Positions 18,307-29,044 of a stretch of 64,000 bases of DNA are shown one piece after another. The notes under the pieces were generated by a model, which was given only the letters and a program-made list of their open reading frames with translations, did no database searches and was not told where the DNA came from. The position numbers were made by a program, and so were the translations under genes. The stretch lies in the sequence record OZ035799.1; one strand, 5' to 3'. The DNA is from Justusliebigvirus alia. How positions within the stretch are numbered: position 1 is the stretch's first letter; each line of letters starts with the position of its first letter.

Positions 18307-21182
18307 TGTCAAGAATTAAGCACAGAATTGACAATGTTTTTCAACTGATCGATGGACATATTCAGTTCTTAGATCGTAATACAGGTTTAACTGTAGATCC
18401 TACAGTGCAACACTATGTATTAAACCCACAAAACGTTCTAGCTAATAACAGACACTTTATAAACTGGACTGCTCAAGAAGGGCAACCAAACGGGGATGCT
18501 ACAACAGAAGGTCAATCCGTGCTTATTCTTGGTTGCGCTTATGCATACCTAGCTTCCGGCGATACAAAGTATTTAGACTCTGCTAAAAAATATTGGCAAG
18601 CCTATATAGATTACTTCTTTGGTGGTCAACCTATCCCAGATCCGCCAGCAAAATATCGCCCTAACTGGATTATTAACGGTAAAGAACCACGTCTTGCACA
18701 CTACCCTCTTACAGATGATGGCTACCCTACACACGGAGGTTTTAAGGGTAGCTTAATGACGTGGACTAACGGTAGAACAGTTATTCCTCATGGTGCTCCT
18801 CATTGGGGAGAATACCTTGACAAAGCATGGTTTGCTTTTAATGGTAATCTAGGATGGAACTCTGTAAACGCTACAGTATATGCTGTTAATGCAGATGGTA
18901 CAACAGATTGGTCTAAGAAGGGAGATCAATGGGATGTTGATTGGATCATTGATCGTCTAGGACGTAAAGTTGATTGGGATGGAAATATCTTAGAAGAAGG
19001 TTTTCCAACATCTCAATACGGAACAGTTCAACTAAAAAATACTTCTGTAAACGGTACATATAAATTTAACTACGCGACTTGTAACCCTGTTGAACACGGT
19101 GGTTATTTAATGGAGCGTAACACTATGTGGCATAACAGACCAGTTAACGTTCCGGTAGAAATGGGCTTTCAGGATAATGCGTCAGATGCTGAAACTTGGT
19201 GGTGTGATGCTAATTACCTGATGTACCAAATTACAGGAGAAAGAAAATATTGGCTATGCTGGCAGTCTTCACTGTTAGTGTGTCAAGATTACTCAAACAT
19301 TGATATGTTTGATAAATTCTTCCGTAAGTCTACATATGCAACTATCCCGTTTACAGATGGCATCTCTTACGATTATTCATATCCATCTACAGCAATACCT
19401 AAATATTCAAGAGATACTTTAGGCTATATTGTTATTAGACAAGATGTTGCTGCTCAAACAACATTAGAACAGCAAGCCATTTGGTTTAAAGTTGATCAGA
19501 ACTCTAAGTTACGAGTCCAGTTTCAAGGTGTAGATGACGCAGGACATGGTATTCTTTTCCGTCCAGAGTTGGAATTAAGTAAGACCAAAGATGAAAATAA
19601 CACAGTAACTTACCGCTGTGGCTTACCACTAGGTACAGCTAATATGACAAGCATGGATATTCCACTATCCAGCTTTATGAGAAGTACCCCTCCTAGTGGT
19701 GGAACATATATTATTGCAGATCCGCGAATTATTGTTGACTGGGGTGACAATACTGTGGTACAATATAAGTATGTAACAGGTATTGCTGGAACTAATAATG
19801 ACCAGATTGTTACTGCATCAATGGATACGGATGGTGGTGTTACTGTTGGTTTTTGGTTAACTCCTACATCAAAAGCTAATGTTAAGTCTATTACATATAG
19901 AACATATGAAGATGACTTTAACATGACTATCACGGATGCTCAAGGTTGGAGATGGTGGGCTATGCTGCCTAAAACGCAAGGGGCATGGAGTACGAAGACT
20001 TTATCAGCCTCTGCTTTTAAGTTAAGTGCTTACCAGCCTAATCATCCAGAAACAGATCCTAAACCTTCAGCAATAAATCTTACTGCTGTAGATCAGGTAA
20101 ATTTAGTTCTTGATACGGCTCCTGTCAATGGTTTAACAGGAACAATAGATTTCTATTGTATTAACGATGTACCTGAAAGATATTCGTCATCTTCTGGTGA
20201 TGATTATACCATGTACTTCCGTATTACTGTACAGGCTTCAAGTCCTCATACTGCTAAGTTAGGTGATTGTACTATTATTGACTATAAGTTAAATAGTCTT
20301 AATTACACACCAGGAATAATTCCATTCTCTAATATCAGTGACCCAAACACTGCATTATACGATGGATGGCGTGGTATTCCATACCCAGGATACCAGTATC
20401 CTTCCTTATACTGTTTCGCAGGTAGGGATATTGATTGGACACGTTTAAACAACAGTATTGATTTCTTGTATGATGCTCAAATGTGGTTTTATAACACGTT
20501 TGATCCTGTGATGCCTGGGCCTATGGCACAAGCATATGTGTGGGATCGTTGGGATGCAAGAAAATACGGTGAACCTAATACGTTTACAATGAAACACTGG
20601 AATGAAAAAGCGTGGGATGGTTATGAAGCTCGTGCATTCTATTGTGCTTGTCATGCTGTATACGAACTTGTACAAAGAGGAGAAACACCTCCTGAAAAAC
20701 TAGTAACTGTTTGTAAAAATTGGATCAACTACCTTAAATGGTTCCAAGACAATAATGATGGAAGAACACCAACTATCTTTAATCCAGATGGTACAGTTCT
20801 TGCACCTATAGATGACTTTACTAGTCATATGTCTGCACTGTTTATGGCGGGTTGTTCAATCATGGGCTTGGCAGGTTATGATTCACAAATTCCAAACATT
20901 GGTATTGTAGCAGACAGATGTTTTGATCTGATTCAGCAAAACTATATTGTGCTTTCCCCTAACCATCCGATGAATGGTTCCTGGAGTGTTGCACCACGCC
21001 CAGATTCAGATAACGGAATGTTCTTTGGTTTCCATGCTGGAGAACTATTACGTGGTTTTGGTTTATATGCCTTGTATCGTAAACTAAACCCTCAAAACGC
21101 TTTACCAATTTTGGATAATAGTAACATACCGACACTAACTGTTCTAACTATGAATGATATTAGTGTTGATGTAACCAAATAA
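18306..21182 (+). CDS. Large baseplate/structural protein
   Basis: 958 aa ORF in the baseplate operon; Trp/Tyr-rich. Confidence 0.4.
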   Translation: MSRIKHRIDNVFQLIDGHIQFLDRNTGLTVDPTVQHYVLNPQNVLANNRHFINWTAQEGQPNGDATTEGQSVLILGCAYAYLASGDTKYLDSAKKYWQAYIDYFFGGQPIPDPPAKYRPNWIINGKEPRLAHYPLTDDGYPTHGGFKGSLMTWTNGRTVIPHGAPHWGEYLDKAWFAFNGNLGWNSVNATVYAVNADGTTDWSKKGDQWDVDWIIDRLGRKVDWDGNILEEGFPTSQYGTVQLKNTSVNGTYKFNYATCNPVEHGGYLMERNTMWHNRPVNVPVEMGFQDNASDAETWWCDANYLMYQITGERKYWLCWQSSLLVCQDYSNIDMFDKFFRKSTYATIPFTDGISYDYSYPSTAIPKYSRDTLGYIVIRQDVAAQTTLEQQAIWFKVDQNSKLRVQFQGVDDAGHGILFRPELELSKTKDENNTVTYRCGLPLGTANMTSMDIPLSSFMRSTPPSGGTYIIADPRIIVDWGDNTVVQYKYVTGIAGTNNDQIVTASMDTDGGVTVGFWLTPTSKANVKSITYRTYEDDFNMTITDAQGWRWWAMLPKTQGAWSTKTLSASAFKLSAYQPNHPETDPKPSAINLTAVDQVNLVLDTAPVNGLTGTIDFYCINDVPERYSSSSGDDYTMYFRITVQASSPHTAKLGDCTIIDYKLNSLNYTPGIIPFSNISDPNTALYDGWRGIPYPGYQYPSLYCFAGRDIDWTRLNNSIDFLYDAQMWFYNTFDPVMPGPMAQAYVWDRWDARKYGEPNTFTMKHWNEKAWDGYEARAFYCACHAVYELVQRGETPPEKLVTVCKNWINYLKWFQDNNDGRTPTIFNPDGTVLAPIDDFTSHMSALFMAGCSIMGLAGYDSQIPNIGIVADRCFDLIQQNYIVLSPNHPMNGSWSVAPRPDSDNGMFFGFHAGELLRGFGLYALYRKLNPQNALPILDNSNIPTLTVLTMNDISVDVTK

Positions 21183-21190
21183 GGAAAATA

Positions 21191-23350
21191 ATGAAACAGG
21201 CTATTTTTACTGTAACTCGAAATACGAGAGTAAATGCCAGTTCATTCAGCTATAAGACCGTCGATGGAACGGCGGTCGCTGGTAGAGATTATGTAGCTAA
21301 ACAGGGAACAGTAACGTTCCCTTCTGATGCAGATTCTGCTACTGTAGTGGTTGATGTATATGAACGTCCGGCAAACTCTTTAGATCTTTATTTTACTCTT
21401 GAGATTACTAGCATAAGTCAAAATAACATGATGATCAATGAAGAAATTCGTTGTGTTATTACGACTGATCAATCGAATACAACCCCGCTAACTTGGCCTG
21501 TTGTGAAGTCTAGAATGTTTGATCCTAAGTTTTGGACAATAGATTCTCAAGCAACAGAGAGTTGTTCTATTATCTCTAATGGTGATTCTTTCACAGCAAG
21601 AATGGTTAATAGGACAGTGGCTGGTCTTGCTGGGATTATTTGGTCAACTTACGATAAATATGATCACAAAGGATTAGGCTACCAAGAACATTCTGACTTA
21701 AGTAAAGAGAAACTTTGGTTTAAAATGGAACTTAGTCAAGGTGTTCCTGGATTAAAAGAAGAAAAATTAATACCATCCTTAACAGTGACACTGAAGGATG
21801 AAACAGTTCATTATGTATCTCTAAACTTTTATGCAGAAGAAGTTTCAGAAGATGGTAAGACAGCAACAATCAAACTAGATTTCTCAAATTTAAAATCTGG
21901 GCCAGAAAATGATATTGTTGTTGACACTACACAGATAGATAATATGTTCTTCTCCTTGATCTCCACAAGGTATCAAGAAATTGAAGATATTATTCCTGTA
22001 GACAATGTGGATCTTTCCTTTAAGTTTACCATACTGGAGCCTGATACTGGTTACAGTATGATGAATATGGGTAATTTAAATGTTCCGGCGCACACCATAA
22101 GAATGTGTACATCTTATGATGATATGTATAACCTAACCCCGGAGCGAGTTATTTCTAACACCTATAGATTAGGTTATAGAGATATGATTAACCATTATAA
22201 TGGTATGTCACACTATTATCAATTTAGTTGGGATGCTGGCTCTAATAAATGGGCTTTGAACAGAACAGAATATTTAAACCCAGCAACAGAAGCCTGGTTT
22301 GATAATTTCCACGCTAATGCAAAAGCTATGGGCTACACAGTAATGAACTCCTTAAGTTTTGAACTTATGAGTACAGTGTGTCCTGTAGAATGGGTACAAC
22401 ATACTTGGAATGATGATCTGGCTGCTACAGGTTATGAGCCACCAAGTTATGTTTTATCGCCTTCAATTGATGAAGGGATGAATTATTTACAAGGTGTAAT
22501 AAATAAGATAGCTTCTATATCCGCTGCTAATGATCTTCCGGTTATTATTCAGGTTGGTGAACCGTGGTGGTGGTATAACACAGCTACCAATCTACCGTGT
22601 ATTTATGATTATACAACCAAAGTTGCATTTAATAATGAAACTGGATTATATGCACAAGATGTTGGTACAGTTAAGAATTATAAAACTGGTACACCATATG
22701 ATGAATATTATGCATTCCTATCTAAAACATTAGGACTGCGTGTTGCTAAATTTGCAACAGATACTAGATTAGCATATCCTGGAGCAAAAGTTACATTGTT
22801 ACCATTTGTACCATCCATCTTAGGTAACGGTATGATGGAATTTGTTAACTTCCCTAAAGATTATTATATCCCAGAAAACTTTGACTTTTATTGTTCAGAA
22901 TGTTATGATTGGTTGTTGGAAGGTAAGATGGAAAGATCTTTTGACGCTATCACAATACCTAATGAGCAACTAGGTTTTAGTTATGATAAGATACATTATC
23001 TTGCAGGGTTTGTTCCAGATGCAACTCTAGCACCATTATATGGCTTTGATCCTGAATCAAACTATAGGACATATTTGTGGAAAATGATTATAGGTAATAT
23101 TGTATTGAATGACCAGAAGTTTGTTGGTTTATATCAATACATATGGGCTTATCCACAAATAATGCATGATTCAATAACTGTTCTTAATTCAAAATCCCAA
23201 GTTTTTTATATGGGTAATGTGCCTTTGAATTGCTATTTGCAAGATATCACTCTTAAACAGGTAAATGTTACGATTGCCACCATAAGTGGAATTACATTAG
23301 CCACTAAATCTGGAGAAGATTTAGTAACAACACAAAAATTTTATATATAG
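21191..23350 (+). CDS. Large structural protein (baseplate or fibre-associated)
   Basis: 719 aa ORF between baseplate genes and the first tailspike. Confidence 0.4.
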   Translation: MKQAIFTVTRNTRVNASSFSYKTVDGTAVAGRDYVAKQGTVTFPSDADSATVVVDVYERPANSLDLYFTLEITSISQNNMMINEEIRCVITTDQSNTTPLTWPVVKSRMFDPKFWTIDSQATESCSIISNGDSFTARMVNRTVAGLAGIIWSTYDKYDHKGLGYQEHSDLSKEKLWFKMELSQGVPGLKEEKLIPSLTVTLKDETVHYVSLNFYAEEVSEDGKTATIKLDFSNLKSGPENDIVVDTTQIDNMFFSLISTRYQEIEDIIPVDNVDLSFKFTILEPDTGYSMMNMGNLNVPAHTIRMCTSYDDMYNLTPERVISNTYRLGYRDMINHYNGMSHYYQFSWDAGSNKWALNRTEYLNPATEAWFDNFHANAKAMGYTVMNSLSFELMSTVCPVEWVQHTWNDDLAATGYEPPSYVLSPSIDEGMNYLQGVINKIASISAANDLPVIIQVGEPWWWYNTATNLPCIYDYTTKVAFNNETGLYAQDVGTVKNYKTGTPYDEYYAFLSKTLGLRVAKFATDTRLAYPGAKVTLLPFVPSILGNGMMEFVNFPKDYYIPENFDFYCSECYDWLLEGKMERSFDAITIPNEQLGFSYDKIHYLAGFVPDATLAPLYGFDPESNYRTYLWKMIIGNIVLNDQKFVGLYQYIWAYPQIMHDSITVLNSKSQVFYMGNVPLNCYLQDITLKQVNVTIATISGITLATKSGEDLVTTQKFYI

Positions 23351-23358
23351 GAGTAAAA

Positions 23359-25608
23359 ATGTCAACTACAATTACTAATTTACCCGAAACATCAAAAGTT
23401 AATGGTTCTGATTACCTGGTTTTAGACCAACCTGATAAGACTGTTAAAAGCACAGTTTCCAACTTTCTTACTGACACTGGGGTGGTTTTAGCCACCCAGC
23501 TAAAAGATGTTTCTGGAGCTACCAAGTATCCAGAACTTCAGATTGCACGCTGGCGAGACGAGGGAGATATCAGAGGGTGGGGCACGGAAACGAACGGTGA
23601 TGTTACCGAAGCAATCATTAAGGCGGTAGCGGCGACAAGCGGCACTATCATTGTGCCTTCAGGCAATTATACGGCCACGCCAACCTTGGAGCAGGTTCCT
23701 TCTGTACTGAAATTGCTTTCACAAGCAGAGTTTCGAGGATCATTAGATATCAATCTCCCTGCGGGAACAGTTAACCTTTCTGAAAAAACGGTAATACGTT
23801 CGCAAAATGTCCATAACCTGTCTATCTCTGGGGTTAAATACTCGACATCCCTAACCGGTCTGGTAAGTGTTAGTGGCAGTCCAAAGGCATATCTGGTAAC
23901 TATCTCTCTGGCAGATGCATCGAATGTTTCTGTCGGCGACGTGGTGATGATTCGCCACGACATCTCAGGAACTGGAGGGTATCACATTCACTGTGGTGGG
24001 TGGGTTGTGGATGCGGTATCTGGTAATAATGTCACCGTAAAAAATACCTGCCACCTTTCTGCATTCCCGACATCAACGATTACTAGTGGGTCGGTAGTCA
24101 TTCTTAAAAGCATTCTGAAATACACTGGCTGTGATGGTATTGTGGCTGCTGGCTCGGGATGTATTAAGACGATAAATGGTGTCGCTATTGTCGGTGATTA
24201 TGATCTGGCAACAGGCTCTGGAACTATCGGGGCACACGGCTTCTCCCTTACTACTCCAGACATAACCGTTGCTAGTCCAGACCCATCCAATGAAGTTTTT
24301 GATGCATCAGGCTGCATAGCTATTGGGCCTGATTTGGCGATTGTTGGGTTCGGTGAGCAGGGGTTTGTAGCGTCAGAGAGATCTGGTGTGGTTTCAAACT
24401 TTATATCTTCATGCTCTAACCGCAAGCGCGGTGTATATTCTGAAGGCGCTCATATACGCGGTAAATTTATGCTTTGCTCAGGGAATGGTGAGGATGGGAT
24501 TATTTCAGACATTGGTGGCGCAATTCAGGCTAACGGTTCAGTTTGCTCAGGAAATGGACTTAACGGTTTTTGGTCATTCAACCACAGTCTCTTGAGTGCT
24601 CCTGGCGGGATTTCGTGTGGTAACTTCACGAATGGTGCGGAAGCGCGCGGACCAGGTGCATTAAATCTGCAAAATGGGAAGAGCTATTTAAACAGGCTAA
24701 TTGGTGTAACCGCGTCAAATGGTGGGACGGTTATTTTTACTGGCTCAACATCAACGCAGAATGGCACGGATGGACTGGTTGCAGTTTATGATGGTTTGAT
24801 CTCTGCCGCCAATGCCAGCTCAGTGGGCAACGGACGCTATGGGGTTGCCGTAACTCACGCAAAAATTGTGCTTACAGGCTCAGGAAGCGTAAGCGGAAAT
24901 TCAACTGTAGATTTCATCGATAACGGCGAGGGTACTATAATTAAGCCGGATGGAACGATGCTGCCAAGAAAGGCTGCCCCGCAAAGCATCCTTTCTATTC
25001 GTAACGCCAATCTTTCCGGTGCTGATGTTACGGCATCATCAATTGGTGATATTACCGTCTCGCAAAGAAACACATCCTCGGGTGCATTAACCCCCCTGTA
25101 TGTATTCAAATCTGACGGAACCCAGCATCCAGTCAATGATGCCACGCAGAACCTTGGCAGGGCAAGCAATCGCTACAATGTTGGTTTCTTCGCTGGCGGA
25201 ACACAGTCAACTTCAGATGCCACACTTAAAGACCCTATCCGAGAGTTCAATCAGGCCGAACTCAATGCAGCAATGCGCATCTCGAAAATGTTTGGATTCT
25301 GGACGTGGCTTGATGATGACAATAAGCGTTTGCATGCAGGGACTACGGTTCAAGCAGTGTTAGCTGTTCTGGAAGAGGAAGGTCTAGACTGGCGTAGCTA
25401 TGGATTTATCTGTTTTGATGAATGGGATGATGAATATACCCCAGTAACCATTGAGGTAGATGGCGAAGTCGTTGAAACAGGGGAAATGAAATTAGTGCGT
25501 GAGGCTGGTTCTGTCTGGCAACTGCGCGATCAGGAATTTGACCGTTTCGTTATGCGTGGACTTTCTGAAAGGCTGAGTATTATAGAAAGTAAGCTGGATT
25601 TACTGTAA
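23359..25608 (+). CDS. Tailspike/tail fibre with parallel beta-helix and C-terminal intramolecular chaperone (peptidase S74-like)
   Basis: Gly/Ser/Asn-rich beta-helix repeats (SGNGEDGIISDIGGAIQANGSVCSGNGLNGF). C-terminal ~130 aa begins at TSDATLKDPIREFNQAELNAAMRISKMFGF, resembling the autocleaving chaperone domain of T5 L-shaped fibre and endosialidases. GC content rises sharply within the gene. Confidence 0.7.
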   Translation: MSTTITNLPETSKVNGSDYLVLDQPDKTVKSTVSNFLTDTGVVLATQLKDVSGATKYPELQIARWRDEGDIRGWGTETNGDVTEAIIKAVAATSGTIIVPSGNYTATPTLEQVPSVLKLLSQAEFRGSLDINLPAGTVNLSEKTVIRSQNVHNLSISGVKYSTSLTGLVSVSGSPKAYLVTISLADASNVSVGDVVMIRHDISGTGGYHIHCGGWVVDAVSGNNVTVKNTCHLSAFPTSTITSGSVVILKSILKYTGCDGIVAAGSGCIKTINGVAIVGDYDLATGSGTIGAHGFSLTTPDITVASPDPSNEVFDASGCIAIGPDLAIVGFGEQGFVASERSGVVSNFISSCSNRKRGVYSEGAHIRGKFMLCSGNGEDGIISDIGGAIQANGSVCSGNGLNGFWSFNHSLLSAPGGISCGNFTNGAEARGPGALNLQNGKSYLNRLIGVTASNGGTVIFTGSTSTQNGTDGLVAVYDGLISAANASSVGNGRYGVAVTHAKIVLTGSGSVSGNSTVDFIDNGEGTIIKPDGTMLPRKAAPQSILSIRNANLSGADVTASSIGDITVSQRNTSSGALTPLYVFKSDGTQHPVNDATQNLGRASNRYNVGFFAGGTQSTSDATLKDPIREFNQAELNAAMRISKMFGFWTWLDDDNKRLHAGTTVQAVLAVLEEEGLDWRSYGFICFDEWDDEYTPVTIEVDGEVVETGEMKLVREAGSVWQLRDQEFDRFVMRGLSERLSIIESKLDLL

Positions 25609-25673
25609 TTAAGAGCCGCTATCTCCTACTATGATGGCGGCAACCTTAAAATATTTAAGTGGGGAGCCACCTA

Positions 25674-25919
25674 ATGAGAAAATTTTTAATAGGTATGTTT
25701 TGTACATATCCTAATAATAAAGTCAGTTCTACTAAAGTTTGGAATGCTATTGGTATGATTGTTATGTCCAGTATGTTTATTTATTTGGGAATTGATAAAG
25801 AAATTCCTGAATGGATGGGCTGGGCTTTTGTTTTTATGATCACACCATCCAGATTAATGAAGAATTTAATAGATTTACGTTGGGGCAGATCACCTGCCCC
25901 TGATAAGGAGGATAATTAA
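25674..25919 (+). CDS. Small membrane protein (two predicted TM helices)
   Basis: Start moved to the ATG at 25674 (RBS GGGGAG). Hydrophobic segments FLIGMFCTY and IGMIVMSSMFIYLGI / WMGWAFVFMI. Confidence 0.4.
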   Translation: MRKFLIGMFCTYPNNKVSSTKVWNAIGMIVMSSMFIYLGIDKEIPEWMGWAFVFMITPSRLMKNLIDLRWGRSPAPDKEDN

Positions 25920-27406
25920 TGGCAGATTATGGTTTAACAGATGCTGGTTTTGTAATTCCAACGTTTGATGATATTTTAAATAATTATATGACAGCATTGA
26001 AAAACACTTTCGGTGCAGATACAGCTACATCTGAAGATACTGTCTTTGGTCAACTGTTCCGTATTATTGCATACACAGATTACACCCTTTGGGAAGGTAT
26101 GCAAGGTGTTTACAATACCCAAACCTTAGATGGTGCAGAAGGTATTTACCTTGATGAAATCTTCTCTAAAAGAGGTTTTTATCGTAAAGCTGCTTCTGCT
26201 GGTAGTGGTTATGCTTATGTTAAATCTAACAATAAGGCAGCTTGGACTTATGAGCTAAGCACAGATGTTTATTTTAATGCCGATAACGATTTGACATATT
26301 ATGTCAGTGCACCAACAATGTTGAATGCTAAGATTGGAGCATATACCATTTCTAAAGCAAACGCAACAGCTTCTGGTGAAACTTCTATTACTTTCTACAT
26401 TCAAAGTGCTATTGATGGTGGTCTTAACAGTAAAACATTAAGTCCTAGCAATACAAACTTTATTTTAGATCTCACGAATTTCATTAAAGCTAACGTATCA
26501 ACAACAGATCGTGCTTTAGTATGGAATGATGCTAGTAATGTTTATATGGGTTATAATCCAGAAGATAATGTTAACCCAATAGGTCTAGTAACACCAGTGA
26601 AATTTTACGCATCTATTGCAATTGGTACAAAATGGAGTGAAATTCCAGTTACGTGTTCAGACGTTGGTTATAATCCAGTAGGTACAGAAAGTATCACAGG
26701 TATTTCTTCAACGTTTACAGGCTTTTTAGATACAGGTAACTTCTATCCATTCTCTCCAGGTACAGATGTTGAAACAGATGCAGAATTCCGTTCTCGTTTC
26801 AATGATAATATGGATGAAGCTAATGCTGCTACTCGTGCTGCTATTGTTAAAGCTCTGCTACTGACAGATGGTGTGACAAAGGTTAAGATTTATGATAACC
26901 CTACATTACATGATCAGGAACATGCTCCAGCTATGACATTCCAGACTATTGTGTATGGTGGTACAGCAGAAGAAGTTGCACGGGTTATTTATAATACTAA
27001 GCCTATTAACACCTTAACTTATGGTACAACAGCAATTACTATCATAACAGAAGACGGCGGTCAAGAAGTAATTCGTTTTTCTCCTGGTGACAATGCTGAA
27101 TATTCACTTAGACTAGTATATCAAACTGGCAATGGTAGTGTGTTAAGTACAACAGAAAGAGAAAATATTGTTTCTGCTCTTTCAAATCTACAGGCTTATT
27201 TTGAGCTAGGGTCAACAGTAACTAACGATCAGATAAAAGGTGTAATTTATTCTGCACTTGCGTTCGGACGCTTGACTTCTCTCCGTGTTTATGTTAAACT
27301 TAATACTGAGGATGACAGTAAATATAATGAGGGAGATATCACTCCAGCGTACAATGTTGTACCATCCTTTGACCTTGATAATATTTCCTACGAGTACGGA
27401 GTCTAA
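25919..27406 (+). CDS. Tail fibre/baseplate-associated structural protein
   Basis: 495 aa ORF with overlapping stop/start; position only. Confidence 0.4.
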   Translation: MADYGLTDAGFVIPTFDDILNNYMTALKNTFGADTATSEDTVFGQLFRIIAYTDYTLWEGMQGVYNTQTLDGAEGIYLDEIFSKRGFYRKAASAGSGYAYVKSNNKAAWTYELSTDVYFNADNDLTYYVSAPTMLNAKIGAYTISKANATASGETSITFYIQSAIDGGLNSKTLSPSNTNFILDLTNFIKANVSTTDRALVWNDASNVYMGYNPEDNVNPIGLVTPVKFYASIAIGTKWSEIPVTCSDVGYNPVGTESITGISSTFTGFLDTGNFYPFSPGTDVETDAEFRSRFNDNMDEANAATRAAIVKALLLTDGVTKVKIYDNPTLHDQEHAPAMTFQTIVYGGTAEEVARVIYNTKPINTLTYGTTAITIITEDGGQEVIRFSPGDNAEYSLRLVYQTGNGSVLSTTERENIVSALSNLQAYFELGSTVTNDQIKGVIYSALAFGRLTSLRVYVKLNTEDDSKYNEGDITPAYNVVPSFDLDNISYEYGV

Positions 27407-27408
27407 AA

Positions 27409-28038
27409 ATGGCAGTGAGTGTTGACCATGTGACAACGTGGGATAGTATCAATGAAGATGTTAAAGACCTACTGATTGAAGATTTTAAATCTTCTCCGAA
27501 CATTGTCAAACTACTCTATATCATTTCTAGCGAAAAACAAAAGATAGATCAGGCAATGATCTATCTTGCCAAACACCGCTTAATCTCTACTGCAACTGGT
27601 AAGTATTTAGATCTTATTGGTGAAGAGATGGGGATGGAAAGAAATGGTGCTACAGATGAAGAGTATCGTACAATATTAAAAATCAGGGCTTATCGTGTTG
27701 CGTCTTCTGGTACGCGAGATGATATCATTGATATGTTCGCTCGTTTTACAGGAACAGAAAAAGAAACGATTAATACATACGTTGGATTAAATAAAACATT
27801 CGACGTATTCTTTTATAATTTGTGTCTACAATCCGATCAGGCAGTAGCACAGTTACTTAACGTTTTCCCGATCCTAAGTAGTTATCGCTTAGGTGCGAAA
27901 GCGGGTGCAGCCTTTGGTTTCACTTCCTATTATGCCACAACTCCACCTCATGGTATAGGTGGTTTAGGTTCTCTTTACACAGAGGCTGAAGGAGATGATA
28001 CAGGGCGAATGACTATGCTGATAGCTCAAATAGAATAA
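27409..28038 (+). CDS. Hypothetical structural protein
   Basis: ORF in the fibre module. Confidence 0.35.
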   Translation: MAVSVDHVTTWDSINEDVKDLLIEDFKSSPNIVKLLYIISSEKQKIDQAMIYLAKHRLISTATGKYLDLIGEEMGMERNGATDEEYRTILKIRAYRVASSGTRDDIIDMFARFTGTEKETINTYVGLNKTFDVFFYNLCLQSDQAVAQLLNVFPILSSYRLGAKAGAAFGFTSYYATTPPHGIGGLGSLYTEAEGDDTGRMTMLIAQIE

Positions 28039-28051
28039 GGAGTTACTCTTA

Positions 28052-29035
28052 ATGGCAAAGCCACAATACTACCCTGACTGGGCGACACAAACAGTAACCC
28101 TCCCAGGAACGGGAAACACAAACAAAATTAGACCAAAAGAAACCATCCGTAATGTTGGTATGGACTTTGGTCAGATTATGACTTGTGAAGAAATGAACTG
28201 GATCTTAAACAATATTGGGTCTTGGATTCGCTATATGCAAGATGAATTCTTCCCAACATTGCCTACTACATATCTTCCTATAGTCGGTACTAAAATTACA
28301 ATGGCAGGTGATGCTACAGGTGAAGTTACATGGAATGGTAATGCTGCTGTAACATTATCTATTCAAGTCGTAGATAACAGCCATAATCACTTATCAGCTA
28401 ACATTACAGACGCAACATCAAACCAAGTTGTAGGGAATGTCCTTGTTAAGCGTGATAATGGTGGTGCTATCTATGCAGGTGATATTTACACTTGTGGTAC
28501 AGGTGCTACAGATCCTGCAACATTATTTTTTAGAAACTATAATGGACAAACAGTAGGCAATATGTCTTCTGAACCAGGTGCAGGTGGTCAACTCTATATT
28601 TATAGAATAAATCCATCTACTGGAGGAACATCTTGTGGAGTCCGTTTGTATGATGCAGGTTATGTTTTAATAGACAATCCTCGTTCTAATTCTGGTCAAG
28701 ATACTGGCAATGGTAATGCTCTTGTAAGATTAGATTATCTTAACTCAAGACTAAACTCATTGCAAAGTACACTGCAAAATAATATTAACAACGTTAATAG
28801 CAACTTGCAAGGCCAAATTAATAGCATTAACAATAGAGTTTCTTCTGTTGTGTCTGCTATCCGTCTTGGAACACGTATCCAAGCTGGTGTATCTGAATCT
28901 CCTTTCTATGCTGGTCACGTGATCACAGGTTGGGGTTTTGGTGACAAGAAAGAACTTCGTGGTGCTTGGTATTGGTCAGCCCCGCTACAATATTATATTA
29001 ATGGTAGCTGGATAACAGTAACCAACGTTTCGTAA
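28052..29035 (+). CDS. Side tail fibre protein
   Basis: Central coiled coil rich in Asn/Ser/Gln heptads (LDYLNSRLNSLQSTLQNNINNVNSNLQGQINSINNRV). Followed directly by a fibre assembly chaperone. Confidence 0.55.
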   Translation: MAKPQYYPDWATQTVTLPGTGNTNKIRPKETIRNVGMDFGQIMTCEEMNWILNNIGSWIRYMQDEFFPTLPTTYLPIVGTKITMAGDATGEVTWNGNAAVTLSIQVVDNSHNHLSANITDATSNQVVGNVLVKRDNGGAIYAGDIYTCGTGATDPATLFFRNYNGQTVGNMSSEPGAGGQLYIYRINPSTGGTSCGVRLYDAGYVLIDNPRSNSGQDTGNGNALVRLDYLNSRLNSLQSTLQNNINNVNSNLQGQINSINNRVSSVVSAIRLGTRIQAGVSESPFYAGHVITGWGFGDKKELRGAWYWSAPLQYYINGSWITVTNVS

Positions 29036-29044
29036 GGAGAGTCT

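Noticed and set aside
23520-25608. High-GC segment as an independent mobile element inserted into the genome.
   Set aside because: It lies wholly inside one continuous ORF with no flanking repeats or mobility genes. Better explained as domain exchange within a tail fibre gene.
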